This document shows positions 22,758 through 32,462 of a stretch of 64,000 nucleotides of DNA, piece after piece. The notes beneath the pieces were generated by a model. That model did no database searches, was not told where the DNA came from, and saw nothing but the letters and a program-made list of their open reading frames with translations. The DNA comes from Minisyncoccota bacterium (GTDB taxonomy: Bacteria > Patescibacteriota > Minisyncoccia > JAHIHE01 > JAGLIN01). The DNA lies in NCBI GenBank assembly GCA_041661265.1, contig JBAZUT010000005.1, positions 27,038 to 91,037 on the forward strand, written 5' to 3'. Position numbers and translations under genes: made by a program. Within the stretch, counting starts at the first letter, position 1. Every line of letters begins with the position of its first letter.

Positions 22758-23402
22758 CTATTTACCGAGTTCTGCATCGATCTCTCTCTTGAAATCCTCC
22801 AATCTCGGCAAATATCTGTCGTTTTCGGAATTCACAAGAAGCCTTCCGTTAATATAGAAAGTCGGGGTTCCGACTATCCCGTCTTTATTTCCTTGCTCCG
22901 TATCTTTTTCTATCTTATCTTTGTGACTATCACTGTCAAGACAAGGATTAAAAATATCCACGTTAAGACCGATTTCCCCGGCATATTTTCTTAAGCTATC
23001 AACTCCCAGATTTCCCCGGCTTTCATAAAGAGCATTATGCATCTCTGTAAATTTTCCCTGGTCTCTTGCACATTCCGAGGCAACCGCAGCTTTCATGGCA
23101 TACTCATGGAATGGCAAGGGAAAATGCCTGTATTCCAGAAAAACCTTATCCCCGTACTCGCTTAATATCCGTTCAACAACAAAATGTTCATTGATACAGG
23201 CCGGACATTGATAGTCGCCATATTCGATTATTGCCACTTTTCCGTCCTTTTTTTCATAATCAATATTGGCATGGGAATTTGCGTCACCGCCTGTCGAGTT
23301 AAAAAAATAGAATAATGCCGCCAGGACGGATATGAACGCCAGAAGCAAGAAAATCGGATTGGAAAATAAGTTATTGAATGAATTTGCCTGTTTGTTATTC
23401 AT
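22758..23402 (-). CDS. DsbA-family thioredoxin-fold protein
   Basis: EYGDYQCPAC, RHFPL, GTPTFYING. Confidence 0.93.
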   Translation of the reverse strand: MNNKQANSFNNLFSNPIFLLLAFISVLAALFYFFNSTGGDANSHANIDYEKKDGKVAIIEYGDYQCPACINEHFVVERILSEYGDKVFLEYRHFPLPFHEYAMKAAVASECARDQGKFTEMHNALYESRGNLGVDSLRKYAGEIGLNVDIFNPCLDSDSHKDKIEKDTEQGNKDGIVGTPTFYINGRLLVNSENDRYLPRLEDFKREIDAELGK

Positions 23403-24160
23403 TTTTGTATTTTATTTGATAATAATCTATAAAGATAATATACGGAAACCGGAAATACTGCAAGCAATGACAGTTGCGTGTAAGTGAGATCGAAATAGCG
23501 GCTTTCACAGATCCCGAGATCCGCGCAACGCGTAAAATCAAATATGAATCTGAAAACTGAATACAGTACAAGGAAAACAAAAAAGATCGCTCCGGCCCTA
23601 AAATACGACTTTCTTTTTTCAAGATACCAGATAATGCAAAAAATAACAACATTTCCGAGAAGAAGATAAAGAGAAGCCGGATGCCTCCAGGATCCGTCCG
23701 AATATGCGATGCTCCATGGAAGATCCGTTATGCTCCCAACATGGTCATAGACAAGAAAACAGCCGGTCCTGATGAATATAAGCGCAACGGCAAGTCCCGG
23801 CGTCAGAATGTCCGCAACTTTCAGAACATCCAGCTTTTTATATTTGAGATACGAATAAATTGTGACTGCTGAAAATATCGCCCCTCCGAAAAAAGAAAAT
23901 CCTCCGCCATAAATCAAGCTGTCGATGGAAATATCACGTGCTGCTGAAAATATAATATAAAATATTTTTGCGCCGGCTATCATTACAATAAGTGCGATAA
24001 GAAATGAATTGTAAATCACTTCCTCATCGATCCCGGCTTTTTTCGCCCTAACCAAAGAAATAAACAGCGAAAACAATACTCCGAGAGATGCAAAAAATCC
24101 CCACATTTGCAATGTTATCGGTCCGACTTGTATCGAACTAAGCGGGAAATAAGGGATCAT
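23399..24160 (-). CDS. lgt: Prolipoprotein diacylglyceryl transferase
   Basis: GGFSFFGG, RTGCF, HPASLY, RFIFDFTR. Confidence 0.85.
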   Translation of the reverse strand: MIPYFPLSSIQVGPITLQMWGFFASLGVLFSLFISLVRAKKAGIDEEVIYNSFLIALIVMIAGAKIFYIIFSAARDISIDSLIYGGGFSFFGGAIFSAVTIYSYLKYKKLDVLKVADILTPGLAVALIFIRTGCFLVYDHVGSITDLPWSIAYSDGSWRHPASLYLLLGNVVIFCIIWYLEKRKSYFRAGAIFFVFLVLYSVFRFIFDFTRCADLGICESRYFDLTYTQLSLLAVFPVSVYYLYRLLSNKIQK

Positions 24161-24302
24161 GGAATGGATTTAATTAATTATGATATCATTTTATTATCAC
24201 ATAGGTCCGTTTATCGTATTTTATGGGTCTTGATTTTTATGTTTTTTTATGCTATACTATAAGAGCAATTGGGTGAACTTTAATCAATTATAAGACAAAA
24301 AA

Positions 24303-24521
24303 ATGCCAAAATTCGAAGAAGCAGGAGTCGTATATGGACCAGATGTTAACAAACCTACAGTAGAAGATCTCGAGAAAGAAGGCGTGGATGTTAAGATTAA
24401 AAATAGACCTGACGGAAATATGGTTATTGCGACAGAAAAACCTTCCGATGATACTGAAAAGAAAGACAAAGAAAACATGGAAGAAACCCTGAAAAAGCAT
24501 GGCGTTGACTCGATACAGTAA
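24303..24521 (+). CDS. Small acidic hypothetical protein, opposite strand to neighbours
   Basis: 72-aa ORF with TTGATT-17-TATACT promoter at 24230-24258. Confidence 0.65.
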   Translation: MPKFEEAGVVYGPDVNKPTVEDLEKEGVDVKIKNRPDGNMVIATEKPSDDTEKKDKENMEETLKKHGVDSIQ

Positions 24522-24539
24522 TAATACCAACATCGGTTT

Positions 24540-25784
24540 TCAAAGGACGGCAGAAATGCCGTTCCTTTTTATTCTTTTCAGCTTTCGCAGGCTCCTGTGA
24601 TAATTTATCGCAAATCTGTGCGCCTCATCGCGTATTTTTTTTATAAAGCTGACGTCTGGGAACATGAAACCCCGGCTTGCCGAAAAAAACAGTTTCTCCC
24701 CTTTCCGGGAAGGACCCTTGGCGATAGAAACGATGGGAATCTTGTAACCATAGCTTTCAATAACGGCCTGTGCCATATTCTTTTGGCCCAGCCCGCCATC
24801 AATAACAACAAGATCAGGCATTGACCAATCAGAACGCCTGAATCTTCTTTCGAGCACCTCCTTCAGCATTGCAACGTCATTCGATCCAGAAACTTTCTTT
24901 ATTCTGAATTTCCTGTATTCGCCTTTATCCGGCTTTCCGTCAGTGAATACCGCCATACTGCCGACAGAAAGCTCGCCCGAGATATTTGATATATCATAGC
25001 ACTCCGCGCGATGAGGATATTTCCGGAAGGACTCCGCCAGAACATCTTCTCTTTTGATGAAAGCAATATCCCTGATGTGTTCCAGCGCAAAGATCGTATT
25101 TCTGATCTTTCCGGCATTTTCAAAATTCATTTTTTTCGACTCTTCTTTCATTTCTCTCTTCAATTTCTTCAATATCCTTTCTCTCCTGCCCTCCAGAAAA
25201 AGTCGTATATTACTTATTATTTTGGCATACTGTGAAAGCGAAACATCTTCTATTCTTCCCGAAGAATATCCTTTCATGTAATATCTTCGATAAAGACCGG
25301 AAGTCCCCCTCCCCTTTTCGGGCGGATCAAATGTCCTGATCAGAAAGTCAACGACCTGCAGAGCGCTATCCTTGCTGAGATACGGACCGAAAACATACTT
25401 GGCTTTGGGTTTTTTCCTGTCGGTTGGCCTTGCCACGATGATCCTCGGATATTTTTCATCAGTTATCAGGATATTCGCGAATGATTTGTCATCCTTGAGT
25501 TTAATATTGTATTTCGGCATATATCGCATGACAAGATTCGCCTCAAGGATCAACGCCTCGACCGCGCTTGCAGTATTTCTGTAACCGATATCCGCCACTT
25601 CACCTATGAGCTTTTCGGTCTTATTGTCCAGCGCTTTTGAAAAATAAGAATACACCCTTTTTTTCAAAGATGTCGCTTTCCCGATATAGATAATTTCCCC
25701 CGATGCACCCTTCATTATATATACACCCGGAGAATCCGGAAAATTTCTTATTTTTTTCTTTAATTTGTTTGAATTATCTGACAT
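24540..25784 (-). CDS. uvrC: Excinuclease ABC subunit C (short, no HhH tail)
   Basis: GIY-YIG (PGVY..IYIGKA), UVR domain, ECYDIS, IDGG, RDEAHRFA. Confidence 0.9.
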   Translation of the reverse strand: MSDNSNKLKKKIRNFPDSPGVYIMKGASGEIIYIGKATSLKKRVYSYFSKALDNKTEKLIGEVADIGYRNTASAVEALILEANLVMRYMPKYNIKLKDDKSFANILITDEKYPRIIVARPTDRKKPKAKYVFGPYLSKDSALQVVDFLIRTFDPPEKGRGTSGLYRRYYMKGYSSGRIEDVSLSQYAKIISNIRLFLEGRRERILKKLKREMKEESKKMNFENAGKIRNTIFALEHIRDIAFIKREDVLAESFRKYPHRAECYDISNISGELSVGSMAVFTDGKPDKGEYRKFRIKKVSGSNDVAMLKEVLERRFRRSDWSMPDLVVIDGGLGQKNMAQAVIESYGYKIPIVSIAKGPSRKGEKLFFSASRGFMFPDVSFIKKIRDEAHRFAINYHRSLRKLKRIKRNGISAVL

Positions 25785-25867
25785 GTATATTACATTTTAT
25801 ATAAATATGCGTGCTGACAGTTCTTAATTTACTAAACTAATGCAACCATGCTTTAAGCATTCTGTCA

Positions 25868-25910
25868 TTAAAAATTTAATAGAAATTTAAAATTAGAAAT
25901 TAGAAATTAT
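25868..25910. repeat. Heptamer-repeat half element
   Basis: AAATTTA AAATTAG AAATTAG AAATT. Confidence 0.6.
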
Positions 25911-25989
25911 CTGCAAGCTAAAGACTGCCATAATAATACCATAGGTCTAACTATGGTATAAATCAATACGCTATGTTATGCAATAGCCA

Positions 25990-26295
25990 TTAGCACACAT
26001 TCTCCATCCGTATAGCCTTAACGGGGCATTCTACATCGCAGATCCCGCAGCCTTTGCAAAAATCCATATCGGTTTCCCCGACTTCCATCTTTTCTCTTCC
26101 ATCCTCAAGCTTGATCTTTTTTACTTTTATCGCCATGTCAGGACAGAAAACAGCACACCGCATGCAGTGGATGCACCTGTCTTTGTCGCGAATGGGCATT
26201 TTTGCTTTCCAGCTTCCCGTTTTGAACTGCTTCGAGTTTCCGGCCTCGATTATTTTTCCGCCTATTGGTATTTCTTTTGAAGTTTTTAGCGCCAT
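25990..26295 (-). CDS. porD: Pyruvate:ferredoxin oxidoreductase delta subunit
   Basis: KTGSW, two CxxCxxCxxxCP ferredoxin motifs. Confidence 0.92.
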   Translation of the reverse strand: MALKTSKEIPIGGKIIEAGNSKQFKTGSWKAKMPIRDKDRCIHCMRCAVFCPDMAIKVKKIKLEDGREKMEVGETDMDFCKGCGICDVECPVKAIRMENVC

Positions 26296-26359
26296 AGTGA
26301 AGTTATTTTAATATTTTAACAAACAGGCATTTAAACGCTTTTAATTTGATCTTAAATTT

Positions 26360-26938
26360 CTATTTGGCATTTGAAATTACTCTGTATCCCTCTTTCAGCG
26401 CCTCGACATTCTTGTTCACAATATCTTCCGAAACCTTCTTCCCGAACATCTCTTTCGTTTCTTCGATGGCGTGTTCATACGGGATCAGCGGAACAAGCTT
26501 GATCATCGCTCCCATTATCGCGGTATTCGGAAGATCTCTTCCGATTATCCGCATTGCTATCCCCTTGGCATCGATTATATAGATCTTGCAATTCTTTTTA
26601 CTCAGCTTGCTCCTGACATTTTCAGCCGTATCGCAAGTGTTTACTATGACAATGCCATCATCAATGAGTCCGCCTGCAACGTCAACGCTCGGAAGAAGCG
26701 ACGGATCAAGAACCACGACCATGTCCGGCGACTCGACATCGCTGTATATCCTTATGGGCTTCTCACTCACACGAAGAAATGTCTTCATCGGGGCCCCCGA
26801 CCTCTCCGGTCCGTATTCGGAAAAAGCCTGCGCAAAAATATCCTCTTCAATTGCCGCCTCGGCGATGACCTGAGCAGCCGTCTTTGCGCCTTGTCCTCCC
26901 CTTGAATGAATCCTTATTTGATATATTTCTCCAATCAT
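26360..26938 (-). CDS. porC: Pyruvate:ferredoxin oxidoreductase gamma subunit
   Basis: IRIHSRGGQGAKT, YGPERSGAP, PNTAIMGA. Confidence 0.93.
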   Translation of the reverse strand: MIGEIYQIRIHSRGGQGAKTAAQVIAEAAIEEDIFAQAFSEYGPERSGAPMKTFLRVSEKPIRIYSDVESPDMVVVLDPSLLPSVDVAGGLIDDGIVIVNTCDTAENVRSKLSKKNCKIYIIDAKGIAMRIIGRDLPNTAIMGAMIKLVPLIPYEHAIEETKEMFGKKVSEDIVNKNVEALKEGYRVISNAK

Positions 26939-26970
26939 TTTTTTAGGTTACATTTTATCTTTATGAGTAT

Positions 26971-26999
26971 ATTATACGTTTTTTTCCGTAATTTGTAAA
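26971..26999 (-). promoter_or_regulatory. Sigma70 promoter for porCD
   Basis: TTTACA-17-TATAAT. Confidence 0.6.
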
Positions 27000-27005
27000 A
27001 GCCGG

Positions 27006-27377
27006 CTAATAAATGGGATCACCTATAACAACTACCGTCAACGAATACGTCAGCGTGGCAAAAAACAAAACGATCAAACCGAACTTCAGCATTTTCTTGA
27101 ACATTTGTTCTTTTTCTTTATTATCGGTAAGGCGATAAATAATATATCCAGCTCCTCCGCATATAACAGTTAAGACTGAAAATGTTGCGATAATTCCCAA
27201 CAGCCAGTCATTTACATTCATTAATAATATTTTTATGTCTTGAGGCAAAATACTCTTTTCGGAAACAATATACGATGGCGATATGAAAATATTGAATAAA
27301 TAAATATAAACAACCCACACGATCAACGCAATAATTACTTTTACTATTTTCATATTTTTCCTGTCATATTTTTCCAT
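27006..27377 (-). CDS. Small membrane protein resembling TrbC/VirB2-type pilin
   Basis: WLLGIIA..VICGGAGYI....KEQMFKKMLKFGLIVL pattern. Confidence 0.55.
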   Translation of the reverse strand: MEKYDRKNMKIVKVIIALIVWVVYIYLFNIFISPSYIVSEKSILPQDIKILLMNVNDWLLGIIATFSVLTVICGGAGYIIYRLTDNKEKEQMFKKMLKFGLIVLFFATLTYSLTVVVIGDPIY

Positions 27378-28465
27378 TATTTTGACATTTTAATAATCTC
27401 CTTTGCGATCATCAGTTCCTCATCGGTTTTGATCACGAGTTTTTTTATGTCTTTTATATCTTTATATCCCACCAGAATCATCTTTTTTATCTGAGTACTT
27501 CTGAATCCCACAGTTCCGGAAAAAACAATGGCATCCACATCTCCCAATATCGCTTTATATGCTCCGATGTATTTCCTGATCCTGTACGCATAGATCTGAA
27601 GAGTGCTTATCATTTTTTCATTCCCCAGCTTTGCGTTGTGGGATATTTCATAAATGCTGTCATTTTCGGTCTCGGCAAGGCCTTTCAGTCCGCTTTCCCG
27701 GTTCAGAAGATAGTCCACATCGAATGCCCTTCCTTTCCCGGTATAATCCTTTATTTCTATATCGGTATTTTTGATCAGCTCGAGGATGACTCCAGGATCC
27801 AGATCGCCGCATCTTGAGGCCATCGGAAGCCCTTCCATAGGAGTGAAACCCATGGATGTATCGATCGCCCGTCCCTTCCTTATCGCGGTTATGCTGGCTC
27901 CTCCCCCGAGATGGCATGTGATAAGATTCAGCCTCTTTGCCGGCTTCCCGAGCTGCTTTGCCGCTTCAAGCATAATATAGTTATGCGAGATCCCATGAAA
28001 ACCATATCGCCTGATGCCATATTTTTCAAACATCCGGCGCGGTATGGCATAAAGATATGCGTATTCCGGAAGATCCCTATAGAATGCCGTGTCGAACACC
28101 GCAACATTTTGCGCACCCCCTATGATCTCCATTGATGCCCTTATCCCTTCCAGATTGGCGGGATTATGAAGCGGAGCGAGATGACTGACTTTTTCGATCT
28201 CTTTCAAAATTTCAGGATTAACCAAAATAGGCTCGGAATATTTTCCACCCCCATGAACCACTCTGTGTCCGACATATTTGATATTCTCGACATTCCCGAT
28301 CTTGCCTATGGCCTCTTTCAGCGCCTCAGTGTGATTCTTTATTTCTCCCTTGCCTATGTCTTCGATAAATCCCGAATTTAATTCTTTCAACTTGAAATCA
28401 AAAAGCTTGTACTTCAGAGAAGTGCTGCCGGAATTGAGAACCAGGATTTGATCATTGATATTCAT
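27377..28465 (-). CDS. ackA: Acetate kinase
   Basis: LNSGSTSLKY, HRVVHGG, APLHNP, YGFHG, HLGGGAS, TDEE. Confidence 0.96.
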   Translation of the reverse strand: MNINDQILVLNSGSTSLKYKLFDFKLKELNSGFIEDIGKGEIKNHTEALKEAIGKIGNVENIKYVGHRVVHGGGKYSEPILVNPEILKEIEKVSHLAPLHNPANLEGIRASMEIIGGAQNVAVFDTAFYRDLPEYAYLYAIPRRMFEKYGIRRYGFHGISHNYIMLEAAKQLGKPAKRLNLITCHLGGGASITAIRKGRAIDTSMGFTPMEGLPMASRCGDLDPGVILELIKNTDIEIKDYTGKGRAFDVDYLLNRESGLKGLAETENDSIYEISHNAKLGNEKMISTLQIYAYRIRKYIGAYKAILGDVDAIVFSGTVGFRSTQIKKMILVGYKDIKDIKKLVIKTDEELMIAKEIIKMSK

Positions 28466-28531
28466 AATTAAATAATTTATTTCTTAGCGCCAACAAGGAT
28501 ATTTCAGAAAATATATAACTAAACTGTAAGA

Positions 28532-29413
28532 TTATTGATATTTAGGAACAATTTTCGACCAAGTATCAGGGTTTCCATCATAACACTCATAAATATGCAC
28601 ATATATTAAATCGTATTCACAATTATCCTCATTATTCAAGGTGTATTCTTTTGTCTCTCCCGCCTTTATTCCATCATCGTTTCTCAAAAAATCCTTATAA
28701 TTCAACGCGGTCCCGCCCCAAACAACTCCTCCGCGCTTGCATCTTCCCGCGTAAAATTCAACATTATCAACATCCCGAGTTCCTGTATTCTTAATTTTTA
28801 AATAAATATTCTTGCTTAGGTCTGAGCTTTGCTTGATAATTTCAATTCTTTTCTCCATACACGATGTTGGCTCTTCTATTGTTATCGTGGCTGAATCTCT
28901 AATATTATAACCACCCCCAAGTCCGCCAGGTCCGCTTCTGACACTACAAAATATTAAAACCCTATAGTCATCGGGATAAATTGACCATTTAAAATATTTA
29001 TAGTTATTTGCTTTTATGTCCCATTCAAATTCACGAGACTGCTGATCCCAAATAAATGGATTTTTAGAAACGCTGTCCATTTTAAATTCTGTTCGCGTTT
29101 GTGAATATACTACATCGGGTCTTGTTCCAGCAATATCCATTCTACAAACTCCGCCAATACCATCAAGAACAGTTATTTCAACCGGTTCTCCATAGGCATA
29201 AGTACGTTTATTGGTTTTAATATATTGAGATATATTAGGCTTCTCCGGCTCTGATTTTAGAGAATCGGCCTCAGGCTTCTCCGGCTCTGATTTTAGAGAA
29301 TCGGCCTCAGACTTCTCCGGCTCTGATTTTAAGATACTGATAAATAACAGAGTTATTATCCCAAAAATGACAAACAACAATGCAATTGTTTTAATAACAT
29401 GTTTATATATCAT
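28532..29413 (-). CDS. Secreted/membrane-anchored hypothetical protein with tandem repeat
   Basis: N-terminal TM, SLKSEPEKPEAD repeats, TNKRTYAYGEPV Ig-like start. Confidence 0.75.
   Translation of the reverse strand: MIYKHVIKTIALLFVIFGIITLLFISILKSEPEKSEADSLKSEPEKPEADSLKSEPEKPNISQYIKTNKRTYAYGEPVEITVLDGIGGVCRMDIAGTRPDVVYSQTRTEFKMDSVSKNPFIWDQQSREFEWDIKANNYKYFKWSIYPDDYRVLIFCSVRSGPGGLGGGYNIRDSATITIEEPTSCMEKRIEIIKQSSDLSKNIYLKIKNTGTRDVDNVEFYAGRCKRGGVVWGGTALNYKDFLRNDDGIKAGETKEYTLNNEDNCEYDLIYVHIYECYDGNPDTWSKIVPKYQ
29237..29331. repeat. 36-bp in-frame tandem repeat, about 2.6 copies
   Basis: aggcttctccggctctgattttagagaatcggcctc repeated. Confidence 0.92.
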
Positions 29414-29551
29414 ATTATTTTATATTATTCAATTGGATAATCCCTGAACAATATCATCTTTTGTAAAAATATATTTATTCTGGGAATACATCGACTCATC
29501 GCAATTATCTTGATCTTTTTTCCGTCATTTTTCACTTTTCAATTTCAATTT

Positions 29552-30127
29552 TTAGCTTAATATCACTTCCCCATCCCCGCAGCCCGCCATCCCCGCAGCA
29601 TTTCCTTCGTCAGTGTCTATATGGCAAGCCCATGCATAAGTCTTGTCGACCCGCGCAATGACATTGTCAAAAATCAGCCCTCTCTCTCCCCCCACCTTAA
29701 CTTTCATCACATCACCGTCTTTGATGCTTATTCCGGCCGCATCCTTAGGAGTCATATGGACATGCCTCTTGGCGACGATCACGCCTTCTTTTATATCAAT
29801 GCTCCCTTTGGGTCCCGTGACAGTTATTCCCGGAGTATCTTTTATATTTCCCGAAAGGCGGAGGGGCGGATTTATCCTGAAATTCCTCGCTTCAGTCTCC
29901 GTTATTTCAACCTGTGTGTAATTCCTTATGGGTCCCACTATGCGCACCCTTTTCATCTCAAATTCATCGTCTTTGATATCTACGGTCTCATTTGCCGCAA
30001 ACATACCGGGCTGAGACAGCTCTTTCTTGACCGTCAGTTCGGCCCCGGCGCCAAACAGCTTCTCAAAATCATCTTTATTGAGATGTATGTGATGAGCAGA
30101 GATCTCAACTTTAACTATTTTGTTCAT
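29552..30127 (-). CDS. pduL: PduL-type phosphate acyltransferase
   Basis: SAHHIHL, LSQPG, RHVHM, HIDTDEGNA. Confidence 0.93.
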   Translation of the reverse strand: MNKIVKVEISAHHIHLNKDDFEKLFGAGAELTVKKELSQPGMFAANETVDIKDDEFEMKRVRIVGPIRNYTQVEITETEARNFRINPPLRLSGNIKDTPGITVTGPKGSIDIKEGVIVAKRHVHMTPKDAAGISIKDGDVMKVKVGGERGLIFDNVIARVDKTYAWACHIDTDEGNAAGMAGCGDGEVILS

Positions 30128-30223
30128 ATTTTTGCTTTGTTAATCAATAAACCTAACTTATTATAACATAAAAATCTCTAATAAGAACAGCTCTTTTCCA
30201 TAGGGACTGTCCTTTGAATGCCG

Positions 30224-31303
30224 CTATTTTCCACATATGATCTTTCTATATACCTCTTCATATCCATCGACCATTTTCTCAATGTTAAAATTTTCCCGGA
30301 CACGCTTCCGGCAATCAGACCGCTTGATCTTGCCTATGTTTTTTATGGCCTCTATCATTCCCTCTTCGTTTTCGACGATAAAGCCGGTTTTTCCATGTTC
30401 CACGACCTCCGGAACCGAACCGTTCCCAAAGGCTATAACGGGCGTCCCGCAAGCCATCGCTTCGATCATCACGAGCCCGAAAGGTTCCTGCCAGCGGACG
30501 GGAAAAAGGAATGCCTTGGCTCCGCCCAAAAAATCGGACAGCCTGCTCCTGTCCAAAAAACCCAGATCTTCGATCTCTCCCTGCTTGATATATGGCTTCA
30601 CCTTCTCGGCATAAAAACCATTGCCCCACGCGCTCCCGGCAATTTTCAATTTTTCTTTGGACCTTGTCGCGACATTCACCGCCGCATCGACTCCTTTTTC
30701 ATAGGTATATCTCCCGAGATATGCAAGATATCCTTCGTGATCGCCCCTGAATTTGAATCTGCCAAGATCAAGGCCGTTATAGACCGTTCTAACGTAATTC
30801 AGGTCCGGCATGCCCTTTCTCTGATTGTCGCTTATGGAAACATAATATGCCCTGTTCCTCCACGCGCAATAGCCGATCGCATTGTTCCAGGCGGAATCCA
30901 TCGGATCATGAAGCGTAAAAACCGTCGGAGTCTTTGTCTGATTCACGAACGGAAGAAGCTTCGGCACAAGATGGAAAGCATGGATTATATCATATTTCCC
31001 GCTCCCCGCATCTTCATACATCTTCGAGGCAAGGAGCTGTTCATAGACCGAAAGCTGAAGCTGATCATGAAATCCTCCATTCATCGGCTTGTCTTTCAGT
31101 TTGTAGAATGAAACCATGTCATTGGATATTTTTTTTGCCTCGATCCCGGAATCCGAAGAACAATAAAAAGTGACGTCGTGTCCGCGTTTTGACAATTCCC
31201 TAACCAAAATTTCCGCGAGGTCCATCGGAGCATAGATTATCTCTTTCGGAAGCGGACAGGAAAATTCATTCGTACAATAGATCGCTATCCTAAGTTTTGA
31301 CAT
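30224..31303 (-). CDS. Glycosyltransferase family 4
   Basis: EPFGLVMIEAMACGTPVIAF. Confidence 0.93.
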   Translation of the reverse strand: MSKLRIAIYCTNEFSCPLPKEIIYAPMDLAEILVRELSKRGHDVTFYCSSDSGIEAKKISNDMVSFYKLKDKPMNGGFHDQLQLSVYEQLLASKMYEDAGSGKYDIIHAFHLVPKLLPFVNQTKTPTVFTLHDPMDSAWNNAIGYCAWRNRAYYVSISDNQRKGMPDLNYVRTVYNGLDLGRFKFRGDHEGYLAYLGRYTYEKGVDAAVNVATRSKEKLKIAGSAWGNGFYAEKVKPYIKQGEIEDLGFLDRSRLSDFLGGAKAFLFPVRWQEPFGLVMIEAMACGTPVIAFGNGSVPEVVEHGKTGFIVENEEGMIEAIKNIGKIKRSDCRKRVRENFNIEKMVDGYEEVYRKIICGK

Positions 31304-31397
31304 TTATTATTTATTTGACATATTAAACTTTCTCGACCATATCCTGAGGAAATCTTCAGCTCCCGACCATGGAAACCGAATTTATGCATTATTAATA

Positions 31398-32234
31398 TTA
31401 TTTTCCTTTTAACTTTTTTTGTTCTTGTATTTTTCTAAAACTTAGCCTGCTGATCACTGGTTTCCCCGTTTTCACTTCAATCTGTTTTCTGGCGTTTCCT
31501 GCTATACTTCCGCCTTCACGCGCCACCTTTCTATTTTCCGGAAAAGTTTTGGGCTCCCGCTTCTTGGAAATTTCAGTGGTCGCCGTTTCTGCCAGCATGT
31601 TCAAGACCAATTCTAAATTCGTCATATTATCCCGCAAATTTTCTTTTTTCAAATCTTTATGCTTTTTATAGTCTTTTGTTTTCAATCCTGCCCAGGCAAA
31701 AGAAATATCATCGGTTAAAACAGCGAATTCATCGCTTGTTTTTACGCCCCGCTCATTCCACTCATTAGTCAGATCTTTTCTGATTTCAATGCTTTTCAGA
31801 CGCAAGTCAACCCAGTTTTTAGAATAACCCATTTTAAGATAGGTTGCCAGTGCGCGGTGAATGGCTTTTTCAGGATCCTCAGTTTCTTCGATTCTTTCAT
31901 AGCCCACCCGCGCCAGCCAAAGCTTGAACGGCTCCGCCTTCGGCGAAGGAATAGACTGAATTATCCTGAACATTGTTTCTGTATCCGCCGCATCAGTTAG
32001 ATAAAACTTGCCATCTGCAGCTTGCATTTTCAGTTGGTTACATTTTGTAACCACCTCGCTTCCTTCTTGTTTTAAGCGGTTTTTTAGCACTTTCCAATAA
32101 TTCCTCGGATCAACGCTCGCATTTAACGCATCGACTATATCCACTACCGAAAAATACCATAGTTCTTTTTCATCATCCCAAATCCGACGGATTTTCTTAC
32201 CTTCAAAAATCGCTAATTGCTTATCTTTTTTCAT
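31398..32234 (-). CDS. Bro-N domain protein (phage-antirepressor-like)
   Basis: IRRIWD..WYFSVVDIV, RNYWKVLKNRL, IQSIPSPKAEPFKLWLA; start trimmed to MKKDKQ. Confidence 0.88.
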   Translation of the reverse strand: MKKDKQLAIFEGKKIRRIWDDEKELWYFSVVDIVDALNASVDPRNYWKVLKNRLKQEGSEVVTKCNQLKMQAADGKFYLTDAADTETMFRIIQSIPSPKAEPFKLWLARVGYERIEETEDPEKAIHRALATYLKMGYSKNWVDLRLKSIEIRKDLTNEWNERGVKTSDEFAVLTDDISFAWAGLKTKDYKKHKDLKKENLRDNMTNLELVLNMLAETATTEISKKREPKTFPENRKVAREGGSIAGNARKQIEVKTGKPVISRLSFRKIQEQKKLKGK

Positions 32235-32283
32235 TAAATATTTTAATGATTGAATAATTTGTAACTTGTTTTTCCGTATACGC

Positions 32284-32376
32284 TTCCGCCAAATCCATTG
32301 GAGCATAGATTATCTATTTCGGAAGCGGACAAGAAAATTCATTCGTGCAATATATGGCTATTTTAAGTTTTGACAT
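32284..32376 (-). pseudogene. Diverged 93-bp copy of the 5' end of the GT4 gene (31211-31303) with nonsense codon
   Basis: MSKLKIAIYCTNEFSCPLPK*IIYAPMDLAE vs MSKLRIAIYCTNEFSCPLPKEIIYAPMDLAE. Confidence 0.9.
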
Positions 32377-32462
32377 TTGATTTTTAATTTATCCGATCAT
32401 AAGAATCGGATCTCTATTGAAATACTATATACTGCAGTAATTTTATGCCATCATTAGAAAAA

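Noticed and set aside
31398-32234. Prophage suggested by the Bro-N gene
   Set aside because: No integrase, terminase, capsid or other phage genes nearby.
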